64,000 nucleotides of DNA from an uncultured cyanobacterium (GTDB lineage: Bacteria > Cyanobacteriota > Cyanobacteriia > Cyanobacteriales > CAWCAG01): the NCBI GenBank assembly GCA_963803805.1, contig CAWDOD010000002.1, positions 1,280,001-1,344,000 on the forward strand. The letters run 5' to 3'. Under the pieces are notes generated by a model. It made no database searches. It saw nothing but the letters and a program-made list of their open reading frames with translations, and was not told the DNA's origin. A program made the translations under genes and the position numbers. This document shows, piece by piece, positions 49,305-59,860 of the stretch (positions are counted from its first letter, which is position 1; each line of letters starts with the position of its first letter).

Positions 49305-50582
49305 ATGACTTCAACCCTGCTCAAATCTCCACCTTTAAATGCTCCCACAGTTCGTAAATTACCTAATGGTTTAACCATTGTCGCAGAGCAAATGCCTGTA
49401 GATGCTGTTAATTTAAATATCTGGTTTAATGTTGGTTCCGCTTTAGAGTCTGATGCTATTAATGGTATGGCTCATTTTTTGGAGCATATGATCTTTAAAG
49501 GTACATCTCGTTTAAAATGTGGTGAATTTGAACGCTTAATTGAAGAGCGAGGCGCAGTAACTAATGCTGCCACTAGCCAAGATTATACCCACTACTACAT
49601 TACCACTGCACCCAAGGATTTTGCGACCTTAGCACCCCTGCAACTTGAGGTGGTAATGAATCCTAGTATTCCCGATGAAGACTTTGCTAAAGAGCGTTTG
49701 GTTGTCTTAGAAGAGATTCGCCGTTCTCAAGATAATCCTGGCCGTCGCACCTATCATCGCGCCATGGAAACTTGTTTTACCAAGTTACCCTATAGTCGCC
49801 ATGTTTTAGGCCCTGCGGAGGTTATTGAGCAGCTTCAACCTCAACAAATGCGCGACTTTCATGGCTCTTGGTATCAACCCCAGTCTATGACGGCGGCGGT
49901 GGTTGGGAATCTACCGGTGGAGGAATTAATTAGCATTGTTGCTGAAGGTTTACCTACCCTAGATCGTCCTTTCCTGCCCCTGCCTCCTCGTCCTCAATTA
50001 GAATCAGAAACTCCCTTTGCAACTATTGTACGCCAAGAAGCAGTGGAAGAAAGGTTGCAACAGGCGCGGTTGGTGATGTGTTGGCGAGTTCCCGGCATGG
50101 CACAATTAGAACAAACCTATGCTTTAGATGTCCTAGCAGTAATTTTAGGACAAGGGAAACTTTCGCGACTATTCCGGGACTTACGAGAAGAACGAGGTTT
50201 AGTATCTCATATCGGAGCAAGTAACTTAACCTATGCACTCCAAGGAGTGTTTTATATTTCTGCTCTCTTACCTCCAGAAAACCTCCCAGAAGTGGAACAG
50301 GCGATCGCCCAACACATCAGCAAGTTGCAAACGGAATTAGTCGCAACAGCAGATATTGAACGCATCCGCACCTTAGTCGCAAATCGTTTTATTTTCGGCA
50401 ACGAAAAACCCAGCGCCCGTGCCAACCTTTATGGCTATTACCAATCTCAATTAGGAGATTTAGCGCCGGCTATGGATTACACCAAAAAGATCCAAGCTTT
50501 GGAACCAGAAGATTTACAAAAAGCGGCACAACGCTATCTAACCAAAGATGCTTACGGAGTAATAGCTGTAAAACCAGCTTAG
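49305..50582 (+). CDS. M16 family zinc peptidase
   Basis: HFLEH inverted zincin motif, NAATSQDYT, RLFRDLREERGL. Confidence 0.92.
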   Translation: MTSTLLKSPPLNAPTVRKLPNGLTIVAEQMPVDAVNLNIWFNVGSALESDAINGMAHFLEHMIFKGTSRLKCGEFERLIEERGAVTNAATSQDYTHYYITTAPKDFATLAPLQLEVVMNPSIPDEDFAKERLVVLEEIRRSQDNPGRRTYHRAMETCFTKLPYSRHVLGPAEVIEQLQPQQMRDFHGSWYQPQSMTAAVVGNLPVEELISIVAEGLPTLDRPFLPLPPRPQLESETPFATIVRQEAVEERLQQARLVMCWRVPGMAQLEQTYALDVLAVILGQGKLSRLFRDLREERGLVSHIGASNLTYALQGVFYISALLPPENLPEVEQAIAQHISKLQTELVATADIERIRTLVANRFIFGNEKPSARANLYGYYQSQLGDLAPAMDYTKKIQALEPEDLQKAAQRYLTKDAYGVIAVKPA

Positions 50583-50672
50583 AATTTGGGGACTGCCTAA
50601 AGTATTATTGATCACGGAGAACTGATAACTGTACGGCATTGCCGTTATTGTAAACATCATTGATCATTGAAG

Positions 50673-51539
50673 ATGTGGAACGAAATTGCTGAGCATATTT
50701 CCCAAGTTACAGGGGAAGCATTTACTATTAATAATCAGCACTCTGTTAGTGGAGGCTGTATCAATCAGGGTTATGCTATCGAGGGTGATAATCGTAGTTA
50801 CTTCGTCAAGCTTAACCAAGCTTCCCAAATAGAAATGTTTGCGGCGGAAGCTTTGGGCTTAAAACAAATGTACGCAACTAAGACGATCCGCATTCCTCAA
50901 CCAATTTGCTGGGGTAGTACAGGCTCTTCTGCATATATAGTTATGGAATGGCTGGATCTTAGTCGCGGTGGCAGCAATGAAGCTTGGCAAGCAATGGGTC
51001 AACAATTAGCCCAAATGCACCAGGTTGGTAAAGCAGATAAGTTTGGCTGGCAACGCAACAATACTATCGGTTCTACCCCTCAAATTAATACCTGGGGCGA
51101 GAATTGGGCCGAGTTTTTTGCTAAACACCGCATTGGTTATCAATTGCAGTTGGCAAACAGGCGAGGTGGTAACTTCCCTAAGCAAGAACGAGTAATCGCA
51201 GCAGTAAGAGAATGCTTAGCCAACTTGCAACCCCAGCCTTCTTTAGTACATGGGGATTTGTGGTCAGGAAATGCTGCTGTAACGAACTCCGGGGAACCTG
51301 TTATTTTAGATCCGGCTACTTACTACGGCGATCGCGAAGTTGATATTGCCATGACAGAATTATTTGGTGGTTTTCCTAGAGCTTTTTATCAAGGTTATGA
51401 CCAGGAGTGGCCCCTTGATTCTGGCTATCCCGCCCGCAAAAGCCTCTATAACCTCTATCACGTCCTTAATCATTTTAATCTTTTCGGTGGTAGCTATGGT
51501 TCCCAAGCTAATCGCATCATCAAGGAAGTTCTGGGATAA
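50673..51539 (+). CDS. Fructosamine kinase family protein
   Basis: GGCIN, FVK, HGDLWSGN, DPA.YYGDRE.D. Confidence 0.9.
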   Translation: MWNEIAEHISQVTGEAFTINNQHSVSGGCINQGYAIEGDNRSYFVKLNQASQIEMFAAEALGLKQMYATKTIRIPQPICWGSTGSSAYIVMEWLDLSRGGSNEAWQAMGQQLAQMHQVGKADKFGWQRNNTIGSTPQINTWGENWAEFFAKHRIGYQLQLANRRGGNFPKQERVIAAVRECLANLQPQPSLVHGDLWSGNAAVTNSGEPVILDPATYYGDREVDIAMTELFGGFPRAFYQGYDQEWPLDSGYPARKSLYNLYHVLNHFNLFGGSYGSQANRIIKEVLG

Positions 51540-51733
51540 GCACTTAAGTAATAACTTGCAGGTAAACTATAATTAGTCTACAATTACTTAAAGATAAAAT
51601 AAAGATGCGATCGCAATCACCAGGTTGTGTGTATCTGTGACACTTAGGTTAAGTACTTACTATCACTACTTTTTTTAACCAAGTGAGAGATATTGAACAT
51701 AGTTTCTTAAGAAACCTCAACCTAATCAAGATT

Positions 51734-51952
51734 ATGCTCCCTTACGTTCAACTTATTCCCGGCTCTATTTCAGAAATTCTTGTTTCTGCTAACGAAACAG
51801 GTACAATCACCTTAGCCGACCGCTACGGGCTTATGGCCGCTTCTTTAGATGATTCTTTAGAAGAAGATGAAAGGCGCTCAGTTAATCGTCTACTGCGGGC
51901 TGTTATGAGAGGCAAAATTAAAGTTTCTCAAGAATTATCTGCTACAGAATAG
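51734..51952 (+). CDS. Small hypothetical protein
   Basis: ITLADRYGLMAA..L.EDE..SVNRLL motif. Confidence 0.7.
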   Translation: MLPYVQLIPGSISEILVSANETGTITLADRYGLMAASLDDSLEEDERRSVNRLLRAVMRGKIKVSQELSATE

Positions 51953-52009
51953 TTAATAATTGATAATTGATGCCAAACGGCAACGGCAAGCCGTAAATTG
52001 ATAAGTGAT

Positions 52010-52681
52010 TCAATTTTGTCGGCTAAAAAATCTATCTAGAATTTCTGATTGTTGAGTTGTATTTAACTGAGGAGCATTTTCGCGGACTGTTAAGTCATCT
52101 TGATTGGGTTTGTTTCTAACAAAAACTAAAGTATCAGTTCGATCTTCTAATGATTTCTCTTCGAGTAAATTAACTTCCCCTAATTTTTCTCGAACACCAA
52201 CCGGAACATTTTCAATTATTTTAACAGTTTGACAGAGGAAGAATGGGAAAATCAGACTGCCAACACGAATCAAGTCGCCATCTTGTAGTAAAGTCGCTTC
52301 TTTAATTGGTTTGTGGTTAACAAAAGTACCGTTGGTACTATCAAGATCCCTGAGATAAAAACCTTTGTTTTCGATGTATTGAATCACTCCATGATAGCGA
52401 GATAAAAGTTTATCTTGAATCGATAAAGCTGCATGGCAACCACGACCAATTGTCCAAATGTTTTGAGCCTGAAACAAGCTTTGAGTTTTACAATTTAAAA
52501 GGTTGGCAATTAAATAAACTTGACTACCTTGGGCTATGCCAACAACATACTGAGTTTTGATGCTATCTAAACTTTGTTCGTTACTATGTTCCAATTGTAA
52601 AATATCATCGAGCAATTCACGATTATTCTCGTAAAGCTTCAGAAAGAGCTGATAAAGAGTCAGTCTTTGTTCCAATTCCAT
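52010..52681 (-). CDS. FHA-domain protein
   Basis: IGR, SRYH, DLDSTNGTFVN, L.DGD.IRVG. Confidence 0.88.
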   Translation of the reverse strand: MELEQRLTLYQLFLKLYENNRELLDDILQLEHSNEQSLDSIKTQYVVGIAQGSQVYLIANLLNCKTQSLFQAQNIWTIGRGCHAALSIQDKLLSRYHGVIQYIENKGFYLRDLDSTNGTFVNHKPIKEATLLQDGDLIRVGSLIFPFFLCQTVKIIENVPVGVREKLGEVNLLEEKSLEDRTDTLVFVRNKPNQDDLTVRENAPQLNTTQQSEILDRFFSRQN

Positions 52682-52828
52682 AATTTTGGGAAAAATAGAA
52701 GGTGGTAGATGTAATTCGGGCTATGATTTCAATTACCAACGTTACATATTAGCACCAAGATTATTAATAGCAAGTTGATTTGCCAAGCAAAATCATACTT
52801 TTGGTTGAAAAATGTTGAGGCATTCCCC

Positions 52829-53125
52829 TTATTTGCCCTCAACTTTTTGCTCCCATCGAAATAACCAAACCATTAAAGCAATAATACCTAGTTGTAAAGC
52901 TAAATTAGGTAAAGCCGTGCTAACATCTCTGCCGGCAGCAACTTGAGCAAAAAAGATGAAAGCACCAATGAATCCTGAAGCGCCAAAGGTGACATAAATC
53001 GTTTTCCTTAATCCTCGATAAGGAGCCTTAGCTTCTGCCCTCAATTTAGCATATTTTTCCGGACTTAAAGGTTCTTTGCGGCGGCGTTTTTTGCCCTGAT
53101 TTGGGTTAGACTTTGAGTTAACCAT
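52829..53125 (-). CDS. DUF3493-family (LPA1-like) small membrane protein
   Basis: LRAEAKAPYRGLR..FGASG, two TMs. Confidence 0.75.
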   Translation of the reverse strand: MVNSKSNPNQGKKRRRKEPLSPEKYAKLRAEAKAPYRGLRKTIYVTFGASGFIGAFIFFAQVAAGRDVSTALPNLALQLGIIALMVWLFRWEQKVEGK

Positions 53126-53260
53126 CGGCGATTTCTGATTGGAGTAATTCAATAGGCGACTACATCAAGATTGCAAAGTGCAGTTCGCCTCTACACTTTA
53201 CCAAATTTGGCCATTGGTGGGGTGTAAGCAATGACTAGATAAAATGACTATGACAACTTT

Positions 53261-54565
53261 ATGAAAACCTCAACTTTAAGTACTGCGATCGCAGCAGCAA
53301 TTGTTTGTTATGCTAGCCCAGCCTTCAGTAGCAACCCTGAGCATTTGCAGAGGTTATTAGAAACTAATCAATGTCCTCAATGTGACCTATCTGGGGCTGA
53401 TTTAGGGGAAGCGAACTTATTTGGGGCAAATTTAGTTAATGCTAACTTAGCAGGAGCAAATCTGGCTAAGGCAAATTTAGGAGAAGCAGATTTTACCGAT
53501 GCTAACCTAACTGGGGCAAAACTCAACCAAGCTTATTTACGAGGAGCAATTTTGGATGATGCCAATTTGAGTGATGCTGATCTTACTAATGCTTACCTGC
53601 GAGACGCTTCATTAACAGAAGTTGAAATCAACAACGCTACTCTTCAAGGAGTTAATCTTAGCCGTACTAATTTGAGTGGTATTGATTTACAAGGAGTCAA
53701 TTTAAGCAATGCTAACCTCAAACATACTATCTTTAGTGGTTTCACTCTTGGTAACTTAACTACCTCAAATCCTTCTTCGGGTTTTGCTGCTTTTTTTCCT
53801 CAACTTTTTTATGGTTCTTTATGTAATGAAAGTTTTGGTAGTTCTGATCTTGTAGATGAGGAATTAGAACAATTAGGCTTTACTCTTGGCAATTTAAAAG
53901 ATGCTAATCTTAGTGGCGCAAACCTTAGTAACGCTATATTAATAGGAGCAAATTTAAGCAATGCTAATCTTAGCAATGCTAATTTAAGAAATACTTGTTT
54001 AGCTCAAGCTTCCCTCAAAAATGCTAATCTCGATAACGCTAATCTCCAAGGCGCACAATTAAATTTAGCCATAGTAGAAAGGGCTAGTTTCCGGGGTGCA
54101 GAAGGGGTTAATTTAGAAGGAACCTACGCCACTGAAAGGGCAGCTTTTTTAGCACCTAAACAATCCCAAGCTCTTTCTTATGTAGGAAGTATGAATAGAG
54201 CGCAACAAGCTTATCAATTAGAAGAAGGAAAATTCACAACCGTTTTTGCAGAAATGGGTCTTGGTTTCGGCCTAGAAGACGAATTTTATCGTTACCAAAT
54301 TGTACCTCAAGGAGACAATACTCAAAGCGTAAAACTTGTTGCCCAAGCAAAAGAAGCAGGATTAAAAAGTTTCACCGGGGCAGTATTTGTGGTTCCTTTT
54401 GAAGAAAATCCTGATACTGAATATACAACAGTAACAATCATCTGTGAAAGCAATAGCCCTTCTAAAACTCCTCCTTCTATGCCAGAAACTCCGAAAAATA
54501 TTGAGGCGGAAATTACTTGCCCTGTTGGTTCTAGTCCTATTGTAGGTTATAGTTATTATCCCTAA
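53261..54565 (+). CDS. Pentapeptide-repeat protein fused to a type IV pilin-like G/H domain
   Basis: Signal peptide, C..CDL then A(N/D)L repeats; C-terminal VGSMNRAQQAY.LE..LKSFTGAV..ICES. Confidence 0.8.
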   Translation: MKTSTLSTAIAAAIVCYASPAFSSNPEHLQRLLETNQCPQCDLSGADLGEANLFGANLVNANLAGANLAKANLGEADFTDANLTGAKLNQAYLRGAILDDANLSDADLTNAYLRDASLTEVEINNATLQGVNLSRTNLSGIDLQGVNLSNANLKHTIFSGFTLGNLTTSNPSSGFAAFFPQLFYGSLCNESFGSSDLVDEELEQLGFTLGNLKDANLSGANLSNAILIGANLSNANLSNANLRNTCLAQASLKNANLDNANLQGAQLNLAIVERASFRGAEGVNLEGTYATERAAFLAPKQSQALSYVGSMNRAQQAYQLEEGKFTTVFAEMGLGFGLEDEFYRYQIVPQGDNTQSVKLVAQAKEAGLKSFTGAVFVVPFEENPDTEYTTVTIICESNSPSKTPPSMPETPKNIEAEITCPVGSSPIVGYSYYP

Positions 54566-55071
54566 AGGAAGCTTTGTAAAATCAATCGAAAATCTTCTTT
54601 AATTTGAGAAGCATTTTCTTCAGTTAAAAGAGGGACATGAACAAAAATAGCCGGACAGTTAAATTGACGTATTTTTAAATGCTGCAAAACATTATAGTAA
54701 AGTCCTTCGCAAACAAACTTGCCTGCATCTTGGCTAATTTCTGTATAGGTTAATTTAGTAACTAAAGCTTCTAAATCTACAGAAGTAGACAATAACTTTT
54801 CGCCACAACTAGCACCCGATTCTATAGTTAATTGAGGGCGCGATTCTGCCATGCCACAACAAATTACTACATTAGGACGTATTTCTTCAATTTTGTTGAT
54901 AGTTAAAATGCTAGCTTGAGGAGTATCAACAGGAAGCTTTCTTAACCAAAAAAAAGAAGTATTATCTACAAATTTCTTTTGAAATATCTCTAATAAATCA
55001 TCGGAAGTATTAGACTTTTGGTGAGGCAACCAAGTTTGAAAAGAAGTTAAGAGGATTTTGTTATTAAGCAT
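54562..55071 (-). CDS. Pyroglutamyl peptidase (C15) family protein
   Basis: ILLTSF, S.DAGKFVC..LYY, FVHVP. Confidence 0.82.
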   Translation of the reverse strand: MLNNKILLTSFQTWLPHQKSNTSDDLLEIFQKKFVDNTSFFWLRKLPVDTPQASILTINKIEEIRPNVVICCGMAESRPQLTIESGASCGEKLLSTSVDLEALVTKLTYTEISQDAGKFVCEGLYYNVLQHLKIRQFNCPAIFVHVPLLTEENASQIKEDFRLILQSFL

Positions 55072-55134
55072 TTAATCATTAAGCATTTATCATTTATCAT
55101 TTATCAGTGGTACTAGCCAAATAGGGGGATTTTT

Positions 55135-55758
55135 ATGTCAGCGATCGCAGTTATTGATTATGATATGGGGAATATGCACTCTGCTTGTAAAGGTTTAGAA
55201 AAAGCCGGGGCAACAACTAAAATAACTGACTCTGCTGCGGATCTTGAAAAAGCAGATGCCATTGTTTTACCTGGAGTAGGTGCTTTTGATCCGGCGATGC
55301 AACATTTGAGAAGCCGAGATTTAATTAGTCCCCTCAAAGATGGAATTGCCTCCGGTAAACCTTTTTTGGGGATTTGTTTAGGTTTACAAATTCTTTTTGA
55401 TGGTTCTGAAGAAGGTACAGAAGCAGGTTTAGGTATTATTAAAGGAACTGTTCGCCGCTTTCGTTCTGAACCAGGAATTACTATTCCTCACATGGGTTGG
55501 AACCAGTTAGAATTTAGTCAACCGGATCTTACTCTCTGGCAAAATTTAGGGGTTAACCCATATGTTTATTTTGACCATTCCTATTATGTTGATCCTCTAG
55601 ATATTAAAGTAAAAGCAGCTACTGTTACCCATGGTTCTCAACAGGTAACTGCTGTAATCGCCAAAGATAACGTATTAGCAGTGCAATTTCATCCAGAAAA
55701 GTCTTCTACTGCGGGGCTGAAGCTTTTGTCTAATTTCGTATCATCAATTGATAACTGA
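55135..55758 (+). CDS. hisH: Imidazole glycerol phosphate synthase subunit HisH
   Basis: LPGVGAF, GICLGLQ, QFHPEKS. Confidence 0.95.
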   Translation: MSAIAVIDYDMGNMHSACKGLEKAGATTKITDSAADLEKADAIVLPGVGAFDPAMQHLRSRDLISPLKDGIASGKPFLGICLGLQILFDGSEEGTEAGLGIIKGTVRRFRSEPGITIPHMGWNQLEFSQPDLTLWQNLGVNPYVYFDHSYYVDPLDIKVKAATVTHGSQQVTAVIAKDNVLAVQFHPEKSSTAGLKLLSNFVSSIDN

Positions 55759-56318
55759 TGGCTGTGAGAATATACGGAAACAGACAACTAAAAACTTTGC
55801 CTGGGCAAGAAACTCGCCCTACTTCTGCTAGGGTGCGAGAAGCTTTATTCAATATTTGGCAAGGTAGGATAGCCCATTGTCGTTGGTTAGACTTATGTAG
55901 CGGTAGTGGGGCAATGGGGGCAGAAGCTTTGTGTCGAGAAGCAAGTTATGTAATCGGCATTGAACAGTCTGGGGCTGCTTGCAGTATTATTAAGCAAAAT
56001 TGGCAACAAGTAGCTCAACCTGAACAAAAGTTCCGAGTTTTGCGGGGAGATGTGGTATTGAAGTTAAAGACTTTAGCAAAACAGCAGTTTGATTACATCT
56101 ACTTCGATCCTCCCTATGCTAGCAGTTTATATCAACCAGTCTTAGAAGCGATCGCCAATTATAACTTACTAAACCCTGATGGAGAAATTGCCGTAGAACA
56201 CAACCCAAAATTCTGGACAGCTACACCAATAACCAATCTCACCATCTCCCGCCAAAAAACCTACGGTAAAACCAATCTAACTTTCTACCATCTCAAAGAA
56301 CAGATCAATGAGCAATGA
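55758..56318 (+). CDS. rsmD: 16S rRNA m2G966 methyltransferase
   Basis: TRPT..RVREALFN, LDLCSGSG, DPPY. Confidence 0.92.
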   Translation: MAVRIYGNRQLKTLPGQETRPTSARVREALFNIWQGRIAHCRWLDLCSGSGAMGAEALCREASYVIGIEQSGAACSIIKQNWQQVAQPEQKFRVLRGDVVLKLKTLAKQQFDYIYFDPPYASSLYQPVLEAIANYNLLNPDGEIAVEHNPKFWTATPITNLTISRQKTYGKTNLTFYHLKEQINEQ

Positions 56319-56400
56319 TGCTCAACGGCAACAGCAAGCCGCACACTGCTCATTGATCATTATAGGGCTTGCCCTTGTCGTAGACACCATTGATAACTGA

Positions 56401-56517
56401 TTAATCAATGCCCAGATCGTTACCGCGTTTGTACTGCATATAAGCAGCAAAAAACAAACCTGCGAGAGTGACGGGTACTAAACCAAGAACCATGCCTAGT
56501 AACATCGGTTCAATCAT
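56401..56517 (-). CDS. petG: Cytochrome b6f subunit PetG (not in ORF track)
   Basis: Manual translation [38 protein letters not shown]. Confidence 0.96.
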   Translation of the reverse strand: MIEPMLLGMVLGLVPVTLAGLFFAAYMQYKRGNDLGID

Positions 56518-56754
56518 TCTATTGCTCCTTTGTCATACTTGTTTACTGATTTCTTATCGTACTCGACAAGGGAGATTTCGCCTATAACTTCACAAGCATA
56601 AAACAATTTCCCTTGCTTCCTTCCTCTATAAATTTTAAGCTATGTTTAGGAATCGAAATATTTAGAGAAGTTCTGTCACCCAGATTGCTTTTTTAATATA
56701 CTGATTATCTATGTCAACTTAATAGCCTTAATTTTTAAACTTGCCCCTTGTTAT

Positions 56755-57132
56755 GTGTCAGTGAACAATGAAGTTACTCAAGAAACAATACCGATACAGC
56801 GAATTGTTTGGTTCGCTGTAGCAATTCTGTTGTTTATATTAGTCAGTATTTTTGCTTTCCAAATTCGTACAGCAGATCCTTATATTCAACAAGTATTAGC
56901 CATTCAAGGCAATACAGCCAAAGGTCATGCTATTTTCCAAACAAACTGTGCCGCTTGCCACGGAAGTAATGGTGATGGTCATGTTGGCCCCAGTTTACAC
57001 CATGTACCGAAGCGTAAGTCCAAATCTAGTTTAATACACCAAGTCGTTAGCGGCGAGACTCCACCCATGCCCAAGTTCCAACCCAATCCCCAAGAAATGG
57101 CAGATTTGTTGAGTTATTTGGAAAAGTTTTAA
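56755..57132 (+). CDS. cytM: Cytochrome cM
   Basis: N-terminal TM, CAACH heme motif, GETPPMPKF; divergent from petG. Confidence 0.88.
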   Translation: MSVNNEVTQETIPIQRIVWFAVAILLFILVSIFAFQIRTADPYIQQVLAIQGNTAKGHAIFQTNCAACHGSNGDGHVGPSLHHVPKRKSKSSLIHQVVSGETPPMPKFQPNPQEMADLLSYLEKF

Positions 57133-57163
57133 GTTTTTTAAACTATACAAAATTTTGAAATTA

Positions 57164-58441
57164 ATGAAGCAAAAGAAATTTAAAAAACTAGCCTATGTTG
57201 TTTCTTTATTTCTCATTGCAATTCAGTTAACCTTACTACTTATTTTAGCTCAAAATTGGCCAGTAACCCTAAATCTTTTAGTACAAGACTCTTCTATTCC
57301 CTACCAAGAATTCATTCAAGCTTTTGAGGCTGAATATCCGCATATTCATATTAAACTCATCGTTGCTTCGGGGCAAAGCAACGCCATTGCCATCACCGAT
57401 GACATAGAAGCTAGTTATCGTAACGTCTTTAGAACTAGCAATGGTTCTCCTTTTGATTTAATTTATTTAGATATTATTTTAGTAGAAGAATTTGCTCAAA
57501 AAGGTTGGCTACAAGATATCAACAGTCTCTCTTCCCCTCGCCAACTAGAACAGTTTCAAAAAAACTTCCGCCTCCTCGATTGGCAAGGAGGAACCTATCA
57601 AAATAAACAGTATCGCATTCCTTTCTTTTCTGGAGTAGGTATGCTTTTCTACCGAGAAGATTTGTTAGCTGGCAAAAAAGTTCCTCAAACCTTTAGTGAA
57701 CTACTAACTGTCGCCCAAGAAGTACAAAATCCTCAAGCTGGTTTATGGGGCTACAGTTGGCAAGGAAAACAGTACGAAGGGTTGGTAGCAATGTTTGTTG
57801 AAATTCTCAAAGGTTATGGCGGTTTTTGGCTTAACTCTGAAACTAAGGAAGTAGGGTTAGATCAACAAGCGGCATTAAAAGCCGCGCAGTTTTTACGGCA
57901 ATTAAAGCAAGTTTCGCCACCAGATATTACCACTTACGATGAGAGTAAGTCCTTACAAACATTTCTGCAAGGAAAAGCTGTTTTCTTACGTAATTGGCCC
58001 TATGCTTTAAAAGAAATAGATGCTTCGATTTATAAAGGTAAAGTGAAAGTAATGCCTTTAGTAACTCAAACTGGACAAAATAGGGCAGGCTGTCTCGGTG
58101 GTTGGGGATTTGGTATTGCTAAAAATAGTAAACATCCCCAGGAAGCATGACAAGCAATTCAATTTTTCACCAAAGAAAGTAACCAAAGAAAACTGTTTAT
58201 TGAAACAGGATTTATACCCAGCTATCAAAATCTTAATGTGGGGAGACTAGCCCAAGAAAACTTAAATACTCTAGAAAAAATAGCTACTAATGCTGTTACT
58301 CGCCCTCAAATTCCTGAATATAAGCAAGCGAGCAAAATTCTACAAGATTATCTCTATAAATTATTAACTAGCGAAGAAACTATTGCTAAACTAATGAATG
58401 ATGCAGCAAAAGAAACTCGCGAGTTATTAGGATATGGCTAA
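57164..58441 (+). pseudogene. Sugar ABC transporter substrate-binding protein with in-frame TGA at 58148-58150
   Basis: ORFs 57155-58150 and 58238-58441 are in the same frame: ..HPQEA*QAIQFFTKE..; WQGKQYEGL and LRNWPY motifs. Confidence 0.8.
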
Positions 58442-58528
58442 TTGATGGGAGTAAAAAAAGTTTATTAGCTTTAATTTTTTTAATTCGTAAGTAATAGGTG
58501 AAGTTGGTTTTAGCTCAATGATAAATAT

Positions 58529-58954
58529 TTAGCGATCGCCGATTTCTGCTAATTCTCGGCCGCCAAAAATCGCTTCATAATGGCGATAGAATTTAAACTC
58601 TAGTAAGTTGTGAAAAGGATCTGCTAAAAAGAAAGTTCTGTGTTCTGTTAGTTGTCCAGGAAAACGATGTTTTGCAGCTTGATAAAACTTTAGATCCATT
58701 TCCTGCGCCTTAGCAAGAAGATTTTCCCAATCTGTTTCTTGAGGGAAAATCAAACCAAAATGGCGGGGATAAACACCTTTTTGTGGTTGCAATGGTTCTT
58801 TCGTCATATGGGCTACTACCTGATGCCCATAAAAATTAAATATTACAGCATGGATACTTTCGCGGCCGATTTCACAACCTAAACAATCAGCATAGAAAGC
58901 TTTTGCTTTAGCAAGATCATTAATGGGAATAGCTAGGTGAAAAATAGCTGTCAT
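58529..58954 (-). CDS. VOC/glyoxalase family protein
   Basis: FHLAIP, FYGHQVVAH, RHFG, DPFHNLLEFK. Confidence 0.88.
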   Translation of the reverse strand: MTAIFHLAIPINDLAKAKAFYADCLGCEIGRESIHAVIFNFYGHQVVAHMTKEPLQPQKGVYPRHFGLIFPQETDWENLLAKAQEMDLKFYQAAKHRFPGQLTEHRTFFLADPFHNLLEFKFYRHYEAIFGGRELAEIGDR

Positions 58955-59048
58955 AGGGACAATTTAGTTTAGGATTATTTACAAGCAGCCAAATTATAAC
59001 AACAAATTTTATTGTAGGGGTGATCTTCCCTTTGCCCTACATTTTGAT

Positions 59049-59819
59049 ATGAATACAATCTTAGAACAAATTGCTTCTGTTAATCCTTGGTTAATAGGCA
59101 TAGGTTTAAATACCTTCTTATTAGCCATAGCTTGGCTACTACCAAAAAAACTACTTACCCCTGGGGGCTATTTTAATGCTTGGTTATTAGGAGTTTTGGT
59201 TTGGGGAAGTTTGGGTTGGCGAGGTTACAGCGTAGTTATGTTCTATTTCTTGGTAGGTTCTGCTGTTACTCGCATTGGTAAAGCCCAAAAAGAAGCCCAA
59301 GGCATAGCGGAAAAGCGTTCGGGAATGCGGGGACCAGAAAATGTTTGGGGTTCGGCTTTGGTTGGGGCAGTTTGCGGAATCGCAACTTTATTTGTTCCCT
59401 CCCCTGGGAAAGAGTTATTGATTTTAGCTTATGTAGCTAGTTTTTGCACAAAACTCTCTGATACAACCGCCAGCGAAGTAGGCAAAGCTTATGGCAAGCG
59501 CACTTTCTTAATTACCACTTTACAACCTGTCCCTAGGGGAACAGAAGGGGCAGTTAGTTTAGAAGGTACTGTAGCCGGAGTGGTTGCTTCTGCTGTAATT
59601 GCCGTTGTGAGTTGGGCTATTGGTTTAATGACTCCTTTGGGCATTATTTTGTGTATCATTGCCGCATTTGTAGCCACTAACTTAGAAAGTTTAATTGGGG
59701 CAACTTTACAGAATAAATTCTCTTGGTTAACCAATGAAGTAGTTAATATTATCAATACTTTTATTGGTGCGGTTGTAGCTGTTTTGCTAGCTTGGTTGAC
59801 GTTGGGATTTGGCAACTGA
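59049..59819 (+). CDS. DUF92/TIGR00297 membrane protein (VTE6-like)
   Basis: RGPENVWGS, KLSDTTASEVGK, GTEGAVSLEG. Confidence 0.88.
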   Translation: MNTILEQIASVNPWLIGIGLNTFLLAIAWLLPKKLLTPGGYFNAWLLGVLVWGSLGWRGYSVVMFYFLVGSAVTRIGKAQKEAQGIAEKRSGMRGPENVWGSALVGAVCGIATLFVPSPGKELLILAYVASFCTKLSDTTASEVGKAYGKRTFLITTLQPVPRGTEGAVSLEGTVAGVVASAVIAVVSWAIGLMTPLGIILCIIAAFVATNLESLIGATLQNKFSWLTNEVVNIINTFIGAVVAVLLAWLTLGFGN

Positions 59820-59860
59820 TAAGCAATAATTAATGAATCACGACTTCTGCTCACAAAATA

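Noticed and set aside
58148-58150. Selenocysteine recoding of the in-frame TGA
   Set aside because: Context fits Trp rather than Cys and no SECIS-like hairpin is evident downstream
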